DNA of 63,398 nt, the filler included, from Salisapilia sapeloensis CBS 127946 (lineage: Eukaryota; Protista; Oomycota): NCBI GenBank assembly GCA_023334545.1. It is 7 parts of 7 records of this genome, joined end to end, with 100 filler letters (N's around TTAATTAATTAA, not from the genome) between each part and the next. Parts side by side here need not be neighbours in the genome. Positions count along the whole stretch, not along the records: positions 1 to 25,529 come from JAADVB010000249.1; 6 more parts are not named here. The stretch is one strand, 5' to 3'. The notes below the pieces were generated by a model. The model was not told the DNA's origin, did no database searches, and worked only from the letters and a program-made list of their open reading frames with translations. A program made the position numbers and the translations under genes. This document shows positions 1 to 13,683 of the stretch, piece by piece. Each line of letters opens with the position of its first letter. The first letter of the stretch is position 1.

Positions 1-1723
1 CTGGAGCTCCTCATCTCTTCCCACTGGATGTCAGTGCACGAGGTTTCCATTTCTCTCGAGCCGTCCGAGTCGTACATTGGCTTCCTTTAGCCTTTCAGAA
101 GCATCTTGGTGACAGGACCTGATTGCTATGCACCGTCCATACCCCTATCAAGATTCTGGACATTGGTGATCGCTACTTAGTCTCAAGAAAGTCGTAACGC
201 AATACACGACAAACGAATCATATTAACAATAGTAAGAATCGACGTAAGCGCCACCTTCCAATATATCACTATTCTACAGCTTATATGCAGAACAACTAAT
301 GATGCTACTGGATTATGCACCTAAGAGTCACCGCCCTTGTTTTACTGTTCATACTTATATGCCATCGATAAAATCTTCGCATTAAAGTGGCGATGCGGAC
401 TCTTGCCAGCCATTATACCAAGGCTGTATCTCATATTCTTTTGCACGTCGGTGAATCGCTACAAAAGCCGAGTGCAAAGACTGTGTTGTCTAACTTGATC
501 GCCTTATAAGGCGTAAACAACCATGGGCTTCTGCAACCATATTCTAGCTCATCAAGGTCTGATAGGCCAGAAAAAGGTATGGCAGTATATGCAGATTGAT
601 CTTTCTGCTCCATACCTTCCATAAGTATGTGGCTTATCTGGTTTTGCATCGAAGTGACGAACGGGAGCGTAGCGAGGCGCTTCATGCTAATAGTTGGCTT
701 GAAGTCAGCACCAGATTTTACGCCTTTTGAAGATACACAGTCAATTTAAAATAAAAGGATGTGACTGTCACACGACAGACGGTGAGCTTTCGGTGCGCAC
801 TCACACAGCATGGTCATGCACTCTTCATGTTCTTCGCATGCGTTCCACGATCGACGACAGAAGTTGAGCTGATACACATGTCTATTTGAGTAAACTTGAA
901 AAATGTGCGTGTCACCGCTTGTAGTATACACCAGCTGACTGATGAATATGGCTTCTTCGAGTCTTGGTGGCGACTCTTGTACACTATAATGCTTCGATGC
1001 TTGATAAGAGTATGCTTCCGATTCCGACAGATTTTTGCTACGTGCACTAGAACATCGGAGTGATACTGATAAGTGGAATGTAACATTAAAACCCACCGAA
1101 CAGATCGTGCGTGCTTCCTTAAATTACTAGTGACTAAAACTTATAAACGATGGACAATGCTAGACTTGCAGTCTAGAAACATTTTTTGTTTGTTTTATGT
1201 CATATGTATCTTTTTCTTGAAGCGTAGGATTGTCAATGTCATCCATGTGCTCTATGGTGACTTCAGGTTATCTTCCAACAGAAACTTTGAACCACGAGTT
1301 TGACATTAAAGATACTTTTCAAACTGAGTACTGATCGATCAAAAGAATGCTTGTTAAAAGTAGAAGCCAAGGTCGTTAATGTCTTTCATTTCGTGTCTCC
1401 TTAAATACAAAGGTAGGAGTGGCAAACACGGAACACTTCTGAGAAGAAAGCTACAGTAGGCATTTTCCGAAGAGAACATCCTAAAGAGCCTATCTAAACA
1501 CAGTACATGCTTCATTCTGCCTTCCTAACACTCTAGCTAATGTAGAAAAGCAAAATGATCTACGACTTCCCGTACCATTTATTAGATCCTAAGTATTAAA
1601 TACTATCCCTATTGTTCAAGACTAGCACTCTCGCCCGACGAAGACGTACCTGCAAGTTAAAGAACACGTACACCTTATACGCGAAAGCTAGATGCATGTT
1701 CACTTTCTCTTAGCTATGATGTG

Positions 1724-4339
1724 TTATGATGTTTGCGTCGAGTTATTCCTTCCTCGTTCATTGTTTATCTCTGCTTCCTGTTTCCTAGCTGCCTCTACAC
1801 ACCGATGCGCTATCCGAGCGGAATTAAAACGAGGAGTATGCTTCGCTGACCGTACAGATCGCGCATTGCTCGAATTGGAAAATGTGGACATCCCGCTCGT
1901 AACGCTCATCGTATCTGAACTCTTACTGCTCCGTGCACTCGCCCGGCTCACGCCAGTCTTCAGATCCCCGATACTCTGCTGACGACGAAGCTTCTTCCGT
2001 TCCTGCAAGAATGCAGTATAGAGTTTGCCAGTCAACGTGTTGTCTGTGTATTCGCTTGCCTCGGAGGCATCGTCGTAGCTGTCTTCTGACACTCTGTCTT
2101 CCAACTGTCCTGCCGACCTGGAGGTCGACAGTCGGTTCAATCTAGGACTGGTGATAGCGCAATGCCGCGCCTTCGAACTAGGGGTGGATGGGCACTGCAT
2201 CTTCGTATTGTCTGCAGTATCAACTAGCCTAGAAGTCGAGGGTCTCGCAGAGCTTGGCCTGACAGAAGGTGGATGACTGACGCTCACCTTTGTAATAGCC
2301 TCTGCGACAGAGCCCGACACCGCAATTGGGTCGTTTTCCTTGACCTCGGAGGCAGGAATGAGACCGTTCTTGGTGCCGTGCACGAGATCCAGAATCTTTT
2401 GCTCCCTACGCTTCTTCAGTCGATCTGAATGAGACCAAACATCGCCGTCACCAGTGTAATCCGGCGGCAAGATACGACTACAGAACTCTTGCAAGTCGAT
2501 TTCACCGCTGTTGTCCATGTCGTACCTCTTGAAAAGACCTGTGCACTGAGCTGGAGTCAGTCGAAAGCCAAGTGCCAGCAACCGATCTCGTAAGTTGTCC
2601 ATGGTAATGTGGTTGGTCTTCTTGAATATCTTGTAAGCTTGGCGAAAAACGTCCGACGACTTGGACGTCGACTGCTGGATCTTGTCCCTCAGCCGCCGCT
2701 CAATGTCGTCCAGCGTCCAGTTCTCCATCTCGATATCTGTCATAAACTTATCTGGATTCTGCAGCAGATCCAGTTTCTTCTGATGCTCCACCATGGCGTG
2801 CATCTCGTCTGCGGCAGCGACCCACGTCGCCCCAACGTAGTCTGGCGGGAGAACTCGATGGATAAACTCGGTTAGGTCAATACCACCACTGCCGTCACTG
2901 TCAAAGCGTTGGAACAACTCTTCCGCTTGCGCCGTGTCCAACTCAATGCCGATGCCTTCTAGCGCAGTGCGAAAGTCAGCTGGACTGATGTTGTTCACCT
3001 TTTTGAAGATGCGCAATGCCTGCCGGAAGCAGTCAGTGGATTTCGATGTCCGCTGCTCGATCTTCTCCCGGACCATGCGCTCAATATCGTCCATTGTCCA
3101 CGTACGCTGGACACTCAGTGCTGCCATGTACTTGTTTCGGGCCAGCTCATCAGCCTTTCGAGCTCGATCTTTTTCTGTCGGCCATGCTTCCATGGATGAG
3201 TCGTCCAGCATAACGCCCTGGACGAACTCATTCAAGTGGAGGTCGCCACTCTTGTCAAAGTCGCACAGCTCGAAGAGACCGGACAATTGATCAGAGGACA
3301 GCGTCAAGCCAACCGTGGATACTGCCTTCCGAAGCTCGTCCTGCGTGATACCCGACTGCTTTCCAAACAACTTGTACGCTTGGCGGAAGAAGTCGACACC
3401 TTCTGGCGTCGGCTGCGACAGTCGCGTACGGAGACGCTCGGTTATCTGTGCCATCGTCAGACTTCTCACGACCGGTTCATTCGATTCGTGGGACGCGTAG
3501 GACCGAATGCTCTGGTTGGAAGTTATATTTCCATGTCCAGCACCGGGTCTTCGAATCGCCTTATCAGGTTCGTATTCGAGTATCGTCCGCATGAACTCGG
3601 CGAGGTCGATGACTCCGTTGTGATCTTGGTCACAGTGATGGAAGAGCTGTTCACAAGTAGAAGGTGACAAGTTCATTTCCAATGCTGCCATGCCTCGACT
3701 GAACGCATCAAAGTCGATGCCGTTGGTCTTTGTGAAGAACCGAAAAGATCGACGCAAACGGTCGTTACCCCGTGTGCCTTTCATTTCTAGCTTTTGACCG
3801 ATCGAACGACAAATGTCTTTCAAGGACCGAGCGGGTTGATGACCAGGTAATGTGGCGCTTTCGGTGGGAGTGGGTACGGTCTCTCTTGGTGTCTGTCGAG
3901 CCAACTCTCGAAAGTAGCTCGCTGGTAAAAAGACGCGGTGGGCGAATGTAGCATAGTCAATCTCACCCAAATCCTCCTGGTCGATGCGGCCAAAAAGCTC
4001 TGCGCATACGCTCCGTGTGGTGCGTAGACCTAATCGAATGATACGATGGTGAAAGGCCTCGGGTGTGATCCAGTTGGTCGTAGTGAAAAAGCGAAAGGCT
4101 TGCTGTGTTAAATTATCATGGGGAGAAGCGGATTTGAGCTCCGGATCAACCGTGTGGAAGATCGCGTGTAGCTTTTGCCGAAGTTCATTCATAAGCACTT
4201 GAGCTGTTAGAATCATCGGGGGAGGTTTATATTCGTTTGCATCTCGATACGTGTGTGGTCTTGGTGGCAGTGCTTGAGATCTTCGCCGCCGGTCGGAAAG
4301 CGGCATACGAGCGCTGTGTACCGCCAACTTTTGCCTCAT
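1724..4339 (-). CDS. Multi-EF-hand calcium-binding protein (871 aa): five repeated EF-hand-pair modules plus a Ser/Arg-rich disordered tail
   Basis: Long single ORF with five EF loops (DQEDLGEIDYATF, DQDHNGVIDLAEF, DFDKSGDLHLNEF, DSDGSGGIDLTEF, DMDNSGEIDLQEF), each preceded by an 'FRQA(Y/L/F)xxF' helix. Confidence 0.9.
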   Translation of the reverse strand: MRQKLAVHSARMPLSDRRRRSQALPPRPHTYRDANEYKPPPMILTAQVLMNELRQKLHAIFHTVDPELKSASPHDNLTQQAFRFFTTTNWITPEAFHHRIIRLGLRTTRSVCAELFGRIDQEDLGEIDYATFAHRVFLPASYFRELARQTPRETVPTPTESATLPGHQPARSLKDICRSIGQKLEMKGTRGNDRLRRSFRFFTKTNGIDFDAFSRGMAALEMNLSPSTCEQLFHHCDQDHNGVIDLAEFMRTILEYEPDKAIRRPGAGHGNITSNQSIRSYASHESNEPVVRSLTMAQITERLRTRLSQPTPEGVDFFRQAYKLFGKQSGITQDELRKAVSTVGLTLSSDQLSGLFELCDFDKSGDLHLNEFVQGVMLDDSSMEAWPTEKDRARKADELARNKYMAALSVQRTWTMDDIERMVREKIEQRTSKSTDCFRQALRIFKKVNNISPADFRTALEGIGIELDTAQAEELFQRFDSDGSGGIDLTEFIHRVLPPDYVGATWVAAADEMHAMVEHQKKLDLLQNPDKFMTDIEMENWTLDDIERRLRDKIQQSTSKSSDVFRQAYKIFKKTNHITMDNLRDRLLALGFRLTPAQCTGLFKRYDMDNSGEIDLQEFCSRILPPDYTGDGDVWSHSDRLKKRREQKILDLVHGTKNGLIPASEVKENDPIAVSGSVAEAITKVSVSHPPSVRPSSARPSTSRLVDTADNTKMQCPSTPSSKARHCAITSPRLNRLSTSRSAGQLEDRVSEDSYDDASEASEYTDNTLTGKLYTAFLQERKKLRRQQSIGDLKTGVSRASARSSKSSDTMSVTSGMSTFSNSSNARSVRSAKHTPRFNSARIAHRCVEAARKQEAEINNERGRNNSTQTS

Positions 4340-4623
4340 TAGTTTTCAAATGTGTTTGCTTCTTGATAGAGACCACGGACGAGATGTTACTTTAGAGAGA
4401 GGGTTGCATAAAAAATGGAGGACGAGGGTCCAAATTTGGATTTGCCAGACTTGGATAACAAAAGTGATGCACTCGGCTTCGACTCGCATGGCTAAAAATA
4501 CTCGTGGAGGAGCATAAGACCGTCGTGGAGGACTCGTGGTCACCTGGAAATACAGTTCTTTATGCAATGCCACAAATGTAGCCATCCCTGACGCATTGCG
4601 CACGTCCGGTCACTGGAACCTCC

Positions 4624-5544
4624 ATGAGCTCCTTTACGTTCAATTTCGCCCTGGATGGCAGCGATGGTGATAGAGCCAATGAGACGAATGCATTCCAGCC
4701 TGTGGTAGCTACAGGCACACCAATGCGCAAAGGCGAGGAGGTGGGAGTTCCGCCAGGGGTCCAGGCGACGCAAGGCGGCTTTATGTCCATCCAGCTTGGA
4801 GATGGCTCGACCATGGATATCGTCGACACTGCTTCAGAACAGTTCCAGCAGAGGACTGGAGAACTAGCACAGATCGTCCAGACGTCGGACATCGAGTCTG
4901 GCGTGTACGAAGGCGGGCTAAAGGTGTGGGAAGCGTCGTTGGATCTGGTACGTTACATGAAGCAGCAAGGAATGGCCATGCCAGAGCATGTGCTGGAGCT
5001 CGGGTGTGGCCATGGTATCCCTGGGATCTACGCACTACGTCAAGGAGCTCGGTCCGTGACATTCTCGGACTACAATCGAGAAGTATTGGAGCTCGCGACG
5101 ATCCCGAACGTGATGCGCAACTCGAGTGACGCACAAGCGTCGTCCTGTAGGTTCTACGCGGGTGACTGGGGAAGCGTGTCTGCTCTCGGCCAGATTCCGC
5201 CTGCAGAGCTGATCTTGACGGCTGAGACAATCTACACGGAGTCCGTGACGCTGGCATGCTATGAGGTGTGTCTGCAGCCATTATTGACTTGCTAGTTTAC
5301 GTGCTGATTAATTTTGTTGATCGTGTAGGCGATCAAGCGCCATCTGCACCAGAGTCCATCTTCCGTTGCGCTCGTGGCAGCCAAGAAGTACTACTTTGGC
5401 ACGGGCGGGAGCGTCCAGCATTTGCTCCAGGTCGTCCAGCAGGACAATATGTTCAGTGCCGAGATCGTCCACGAGACTGCGGACGGCCGATCCAATATCC
5501 GACAGATAGTGTGCCTACGCTACAAGGAAGCTTTCGTGAATTAA
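4624..5544 (+). CDS. METTL18: Histidine protein methyltransferase 1 homolog (METTL18/Hpm1), 2 exons (4624-5265, 5329-5544)
   Basis: Motifs YEGGLKVWE, VLELGCGHG, FSDYN, ILTAETIY and AAKKYYFGTGG; GT-AG intron 5266-5328 restores the frame. Confidence 0.88.
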
Positions 5545-5579
5545 TTCAGCCTTTCTATTTCTCCTTCTTTCCTAGATGC

Positions 5580-6395
5580 CTACAGCTTGAATCCAGAGTG
5601 CACAGCCACGACGCCGAACGTGTAGTTTGTGTACGATGTCTTGCTGAATCCAGCCGCGTCTAGCATGGCCTGGAACTGTCCTTGCGGAGGGAACTGACGG
5701 ATGCTCTCGACCAAGTACTGGTACGAGTGGCGGTCGTTGGCCACGCGCTGTCCGAGCTCCGGGATTACGTTGAACGAGTACGTGTCGTAGACAGATCGGA
5801 GGAGCGGGTTCTCCACCTGACTGAACTCGAGGCACATGAACCGTCCACCGGGACGAAGGACTCGGTACGCCTCTTCCAGCGCCTTGTCCACATGCGTCAC
5901 GTTTCGAATGCCGAACGCAATCGTGTACACGTCGAACGAGTTGTCCTCGAAAGGAAGACTCTCGGCATTGCCTTCCACCCACGTAAACAGGTCCTTGTCG
6001 ATGGTCGAAGGGACACGCTGCTCGCCGACTTGGAGCATGGAAGAGTTGATGTCGCACACGACGATCTCACTTTCGTCCGTCGCCTGATGCTGTTGCAGAC
6101 GTTCGGCAATGCGAAAGGCAATGTCGCCCGTCCCACCAGCTACATCTAGGGCCTTGAGCGGACCAACCGGGTGGAGTGTATCGACGAACTCGTCTTTCCA
6201 AACACGGTGCATGCCACCGCTCATAAAGTCGTTCATGACGTCATATTGGTCCGCGACCGAGTGGAAGACTTCGGCCACGAGAGGCTGCTTGTCCTGCTCG
6301 TTGACTTGCTTGAAGCCAAAGTGCGTTTTGTCGCTGGTCGATAACGCCCGGCACGTCGGCCGGCGCGCAGATCGGAGGCACGAGCGTCGCAGCAT
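5580..6395 (-). CDS. COQ5: Mitochondrial 2-methoxy-6-polyprenyl-1,4-benzoquinol methylase (UbiE/COQ5)
   Basis: [47 protein letters not shown] and [12 protein letters not shown] motifs; Arg-rich presequence from ATG 6395. Confidence 0.96.
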   Translation of the reverse strand: MLRRSCLRSARRPTCRALSTSDKTHFGFKQVNEQDKQPLVAEVFHSVADQYDVMNDFMSGGMHRVWKDEFVDTLHPVGPLKALDVAGGTGDIAFRIAERLQQHQATDESEIVVCDINSSMLQVGEQRVPSTIDKDLFTWVEGNAESLPFEDNSFDVYTIAFGIRNVTHVDKALEEAYRVLRPGGRFMCLEFSQVENPLLRSVYDTYSFNVIPELGQRVANDRHSYQYLVESIRQFPPQGQFQAMLDAAGFSKTSYTNYTFGVVAVHSGFKL

Positions 6396-6874
6396 TTCCA
6401 AGGCGAATCGTGCGGTTCTGCTTGTCCCAGGTCCCAGTATACATGCTGCACTCAAGTGAGACACGATGTGTGCTTGAAGCCCTGGCCGGCGCGAGGTCTC
6501 TGCGGGGCATGGAGCACCTTTTTTTTTCTTCCTTGCGTGGCCACGACAGCCGCGCTGCTTTTGTTCTTATCCGAGATTAATGCCCCAGCGCTCGTGTTAC
6601 TAGTTGCAGTTGCCCACGTCTTTTTCGCATGAAAATCGGATCTAGAGCTGTCGTTCGAGTCGAGGGGCAGATCTTTCCTCCTCTAAGCGACACAGAGGCG
6701 AGGTTCGACGGGACGACGCGTCTGATCCTCCTCCGCGATTGGACGGCACTAGAGCCGCGTTTTGCCCTACATCCTCGGACCATCAATGTGCGCATGCGCG
6801 TTACTTTCTACACAACCCTACGAAGGACGAACCGACTCTCTGCCGCCGTGCTAAAGTGCCAAGCGGTCTCAAGA

Positions 6875-6893
6875 GCTCATTCCAAAATCTTCC
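6875..6893 (+). promoter_or_regulatory. Oomycete INR/FPR core promoter element upstream of the Ser/Ala-rich gene
   Basis: GCTCATTCCAAAATCTTCC resembles the oomycete GCTCATTYBNNNWTTY consensus, about 60 nt upstream of ATG 6938. Confidence 0.65.
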
Positions 6894-6937
6894 AGCAAAC
6901 CACCAAGCTACTTTCCCAACTACCTCCAACAATCAAC

Positions 6938-7327
6938 ATGCAGGTCTTCGCCCTTCTCGCTGCCTTTGCCTTCGCCGCCGTTAACGCCCAGGACGCTACA
7001 TCCACCGCTGCCTCCACGGCCAGCGCGGCCGAATCCGCTGCTGCCTCCACGGCCAGCGCGGCCGAATCTGCTGCTGCCTCCACGGCCACCGACGCCGCTT
7101 CCGCCACCGAATCTGCTGCTGGCTCTATGGAAGAGACCATGGAGTCGATGGCCTCTGAGGCCGGCTCCACGATGGACTCCATGATGGGCTCTGCGAGCGG
7201 CATGGACTCGGAAGCCGCTGGCTCTGAATCTGGCTCGGTCATTGGCTCTGCCTCGGACTCTGCTGTGTCTGCCACCGCCTCCGCCGCCGTCACGGTCACC
7301 GCCGCCGTCGCCGCCTACTTCTTGTAA
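6938..7327 (+). CDS. Small secreted Ser/Thr/Ala-rich, probably GPI-anchored surface protein (129 aa)
   Basis: Signal peptide MQVFALLAAFAFAAVNA, low-complexity S/T/A body, hydrophobic C-terminus (ASAAVTVTAAVAAYFL); INR upstream. Confidence 0.8.
   Translation: MQVFALLAAFAFAAVNAQDATSTAASTASAAESAAASTASAAESAAASTATDAASATESAAGSMEETMESMASEAGSTMDSMMGSASGMDSEAAGSESGSVIGSASDSAVSATASAAVTVTAAVAAYFL
7007..7088 (+). repeat. 33-bp in-frame tandem repeat (about 2.5 copies) encoding AASTASAAESA
   Basis: gctgcctccacggccagcgcggccgaatc(c/t)gct occurs twice plus a partial third copy. Confidence 0.9.
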
Positions 7328-8085
7328 GAAGTACGTTTTCATTGACGCCTCGATAGACCAAGCAGGATCGAATGCTTTTGTGACGCGCGTTTGACTTTGT
7401 TTCTACTTTCTTCGGACTCTGGCGCGACAATGCACTTCTTGAAATGTACCGACGCACTCAGAATTTTGAAATCCATTTCTTTTGAAGTTTTACTTTTGTT
7501 GTTGAGTACGCGTGGTCTGTCTACTGGTCCATAATTTGATGAGAAAGGATTCGCATACGGATTTGTTCTTTTTTCTCGTTGATATCTCATCTCTAATGGT
7601 GGAACCCGACTGACATATCTTCAGAAATACGAGTAATGTGGCCATCAAATACTTGTCAGGTAGAAGATGTAGGTGACAAGCGTAGTGACTGGATGTCAGC
7701 CTTGTCAGGACCACTTAACGTGACGGGAAGAGTGGAAGCCTCCTTGACATCCTCGCTCCGTATCTTGCGTTTTTCTAGATTAGCATTGCATTTAGTTTTC
7801 CTGTCTAATCTGCGTCTTCCGATAATTTTCTACTTGAAGATGGAAATCCGAGGAAAAGTAGATGATGGAGTCCTAGTGCCAGGTCCCTCTAACAAGTACT
7901 AGATATCTCCGATCGACTTGCAAACCATCGGTCAAAAACCTTCACATGCACTTGTTCAAGTCGCATCGTAATGCCGCGATATAAAAAAGCTGTCGATTGC
8001 ACAAACAGATTGCATACAAATCGCAAGAGAGGTGCTTGGGGCTATCGTAAGTCGGTCCTTTCACGTTCAAATCTTTTTTACCACC

Positions 8086-9977
<1,892 letters not shown>

Positions 9978-11306
9978 ATTTGAAAAGAATCAGCGGGTAC
10001 GAGATTCGTTTCAGCCTCGACGACGCCTCTTTCATTGTCTCGGAATATCACAAAGCAGTTCTTACTTTTTCCAGCTTTTTTGTCTGGCTTGTTGTACATT
10101 GATCCATTACTTTTCGTAAGGAAGAGACCATGGAGGTGAGCAAGGAGCAAAATTGAATGCAAAGGACGCAAACTTCTGATATCTCGAGACATGGGACTGT
10201 CTGTCATGGCCAGAGTAATTAAAGCGAGATGACCGGCTGCCTTCCTTTTGCTATCTTGCATTTTGTGTCAAGTCTAAAGTAGTTGGACATGCGAACGAGG
10301 CGGGAAAGACATATCTCGAGCGTTATGACTTTGTTCATCAGTAAGATGTTGATGTCTCCTAGGTGGACGCTACACGACATGAGATTTTTGGAAAAATTAG
10401 ACTGCCGAGGAAGTGACACCAGAGGCGATTTAGATATTCTTTTGCTCGCCTTTTGAAGTGTTGAATAGCTCCAAGGTTCCACTCTAATCTTGCTTCATTA
10501 TATATTAGTGTATTTAGCACTTGTGAACTAATGAGACGGCGACATGATCGTCAATATGGATAGATGTACGTTTCTGCTGCCCTCACTGTCCCCAAGTTTC
10601 CATGAGGTAAGATACGCGCGCATTTTTCTCGCTTTTAGCTCTGCAATCTCTAGCTAAACAATTGTCGACATCAGGCATGTAAATCCAAGTAAAATAAATG
10701 CCAGTTTTTTGGATTTCAATATCAAAATGATTGCGATGGCATGTACTGCGACATATGAAACATATCTGCTGTCAGAGCACAAGGACTGTTGAGCCTCATC
10801 ACGTGCATGCTAGTTTGGAAATCGAGCGACGTATATGAATAGGTAAGTAGAGTAATAACCCAGCGGACCGTAGTTTAGCACATAGATGAATAACCTGACA
10901 GGCATAAAGACTCAAGTACGCAATATCATTTACTCGTGCATAGCGCGTTGACGAAGAAAATGACTTCAGCGACTGCAGACCATCACAAGGACCATCGGAA
11001 AAGTGCCTTGTCGCTAGTGGAGTGCAGACCAAATTCCAAGTGGCCCTTAGCATATACCGACGAGGCAAACTATATCGGATAAAGATATTCAAGAGGATTG
11101 GCATTGAAGAGCACATACACCGTGAAGCGGCGCACGAGAGGACAACTGATATTGTATCCACATGTTTAACTTGCATTGCAGAAATAGACATTTCTTCTAC
11201 AATATGGCTACTGAAATGTATACCCGATCGGAGAGGAACGGTCGCAAGCACTCGATACAAGTCCGACTCTCGGCTGCATTTCCACTAAGACCCAGTTGAC
11301 CTCGAG

Positions 11307-12446
11307 ATGGCCTCCGTATACGACGTTGAGTGGCAAGAAGGCCCGGCGCTGGATTTAGAGTTCACGCCCAACGATGACCAGAAGCCTGTGGTAGCGCAAA
11401 TTCCAAGTTCTGTCCCGACTTGTATCCTCAACTCACCGATTGCCGTCGGAGACATCCTACTGTCCTTCTCATCACCACATGAAGGTACTTCCGGGAAGCT
11501 GGACAAGAAGCAGAGCTTTGCAACAATGCTGGAGGAGCTGCAGAAAGCATCGCCACCTTTGACACTTACCTTTTTGTCTCGTGAGAATGCCACTCCGGAT
11601 GCCGTCACGAGCACTCACCTGGAGACCAAGTACTCATTCGCGTGGCAACCTGACCAGTCGCTCGGCGTCGCTTTGGCGATGGACCCTTGTTCCCTGCACA
11701 CCGTCATCACAAAGGTACATTCGGATCGTATTGCTCCAGAGCTCTCTGCTCATGGACCGCAGGTCGGCGATCTTATGCTTGCCATCCAAGACACCAGTCG
11801 CGATGTGTGGGTTGACCTGAGCGTCATGCGTTTTGAAAGAGTGATCGAAACGGTGAAGAGCATGTCAAAACCGTGCAAACTAGCGTTTGGTCGCTTAAAG
11901 ACGGGTGGGTCGAGCGGAGAAGAAGAGGGAGGACAAGAGGTGAAGGACAAGTCCAAGATTACGGACTGGAGTCATATGAGTGGACAACACCATAGCCGAC
12001 ATCGAAGACTTACGAATAAGCTCAGTCGTCAGCCGATTGCCAAGCGGATGAGCTTCCGCGTCGGCCAGCAGCCGGAGAGTCAGACGACGGAGCCTCAGCG
12101 ACCGAGAAGTAAGAGCAGTGCCAGACGCAACGGCTTCTACACCGTCACATTCGACGGAAGGCCTGTCGGACTCGAGCTCAAGGACATTACGAAGGAGACG
12201 AAGAGTACGAACGGCTATTGCGTGAGCATCAGAACTGTGAAAGATCCAGAACTGAAGCAGAACGCGCGCGAGGGCGATCTGCTCATGGGCGTTGGAAACA
12301 CAGACTTCCAACATCGGTCGTACAGTGACGTTCAAAAGGTGCTGAGCCAAATCCGTGGGGAGACGCAGCTCTTGTTCAAGCACAGGAAGGAAAAGCAAGT
12401 CAAGGGCGGGTCGCTGGCCGACGCGCTGCTTCTCTTTTTCATCTAG
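11307..12446 (+). CDS. Protein with about three divergent PDZ-like domains
   Basis: Repeated 'Y.V.W/F..g..LGL.L ... VGD.L(L/M).I/V' units (YDVEWQEGPALDLEF, YSFAWQPDQSLGVAL, YTVTFDGRPVGLEL); 379-aa ORF. Confidence 0.65.
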   Translation: MASVYDVEWQEGPALDLEFTPNDDQKPVVAQIPSSVPTCILNSPIAVGDILLSFSSPHEGTSGKLDKKQSFATMLEELQKASPPLTLTFLSRENATPDAVTSTHLETKYSFAWQPDQSLGVALAMDPCSLHTVITKVHSDRIAPELSAHGPQVGDLMLAIQDTSRDVWVDLSVMRFERVIETVKSMSKPCKLAFGRLKTGGSSGEEEGGQEVKDKSKITDWSHMSGQHHSRHRRLTNKLSRQPIAKRMSFRVGQQPESQTTEPQRPRSKSSARRNGFYTVTFDGRPVGLELKDITKETKSTNGYCVSIRTVKDPELKQNAREGDLLMGVGNTDFQHRSYSDVQKVLSQIRGETQLLFKHRKEKQVKGGSLADALLLFFI

Positions 12447-12562
12447 CTATGCTTTGAACGTAAATACAACTCCTTCCATACTCTTGAATCTAGTCTGAGT
12501 AGGCGCAAAGGAAAGAAAGGCAAACATGATTATCCATACATACGAATAGTACTGATGCGGAT

Positions 12563-13538
12563 CTATGCTGCGTCCAACATGTCCTCCTGGGTCCGAGGTC
12601 GGTCCTCCGCTGCGTCCTCAAAGATGGAATTGCGACACGTAGGGCAGGTCGAATTCACGAGCAGCCATTCGTCCACGCAGTCTTTGTGGAAGTGGTGCTG
12701 GCACGGAAGCATGCGCAGCTCCTGCTCTTCCTCGTACTCGTTCAAACAGATGCAGCAGCTGCAGTCGTCCGACGCAAACATGTTGTCATGGAATTTGCGA
12801 AGAGGTAGTTGGTTGATTACCTATATAGAAATAAGTTAAATAGGTAGAGTAAGATACAGTAGGAAAGAGTACTTCTTGCGTCGCGCCTTTGCCTTGCATC
12901 GGATCCATCAGTCGACTCAGCAGTCGGATGACACACGGAAGGCAGAAGCAGATCACTGGAAGTAGCGCCAATAACAATAGGCAGGGCAGGAAGATCTTGG
13001 CGTAGGAGATGACGATCATCCACAAGGCCAAGTGGTACATGGTACTTCCGTCGTCGCACCTCGCGCCGTCGCTGATGACCCACATGTTGCCCACTAGAAA
13101 CCAGAACAAGCCTGCCAAATCCAGCCCGTACTTCATCTGACTAAGATAGACCATGTAATGCTCTCGAATACGACTCGTCCGGTCACTCACGTCGCCGTTC
13201 AAGAGGTAGACTGTCCATTCCAGTCCGAGCGTCAGTGACAATTGGACAGTGTGGAGCAGCACCCAGACTTGGATGCGGTAACAAGCAGAGCTGGCTGTCC
13301 AGTACATTCCCATGATGATGACGGCTGCTAGGATCTGCGGAAGGTTGACGAGCGTCAGGACGCCCATAATCAAACGTCCGCTCCGAGCTTCTCGAGCCTC
13401 TTGGACGCTGCTGTTCAAGATATTCAGTCGCACTGCCTGCACGTCCTCGGCCACATCTCTCTGGAGTAACCTAGCTCTAGACTCACTGTGTCGAGGCGCA
13501 CGTGCAGGTGGTACGGCCGCCGCATCATTCGGATCCAT
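12563..13538 (-). CDS. Membrane-anchored RING-H2 E3 ubiquitin ligase, 2 exons
   Basis: About four hydrophobic segments followed by CCICLNEY...LPCQHHFHKDCVDEWL...CPTCR; short GT-AG intron (approx. 12821-12872) joins GATQE to VINQLP. Confidence 0.92.
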
Positions 13539-13683
13539 CCTAGCGTTCTTCCTGCTGCCGGCTCAGGTGGAAGTGTCTCGATATATAGACTCGTCTTGAG
13601 GGTCATCGACGCACTAGTTTTCTAGACCAGCCGTCATCAGGTCCGAATCCTACCATCGCCGTCGCGCCGAGGACGATATACAC

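Noticed and set aside
431-1303. Short ORFs at the window start
   Set aside because: No recognisable motifs or consistent splice model; left unassigned.
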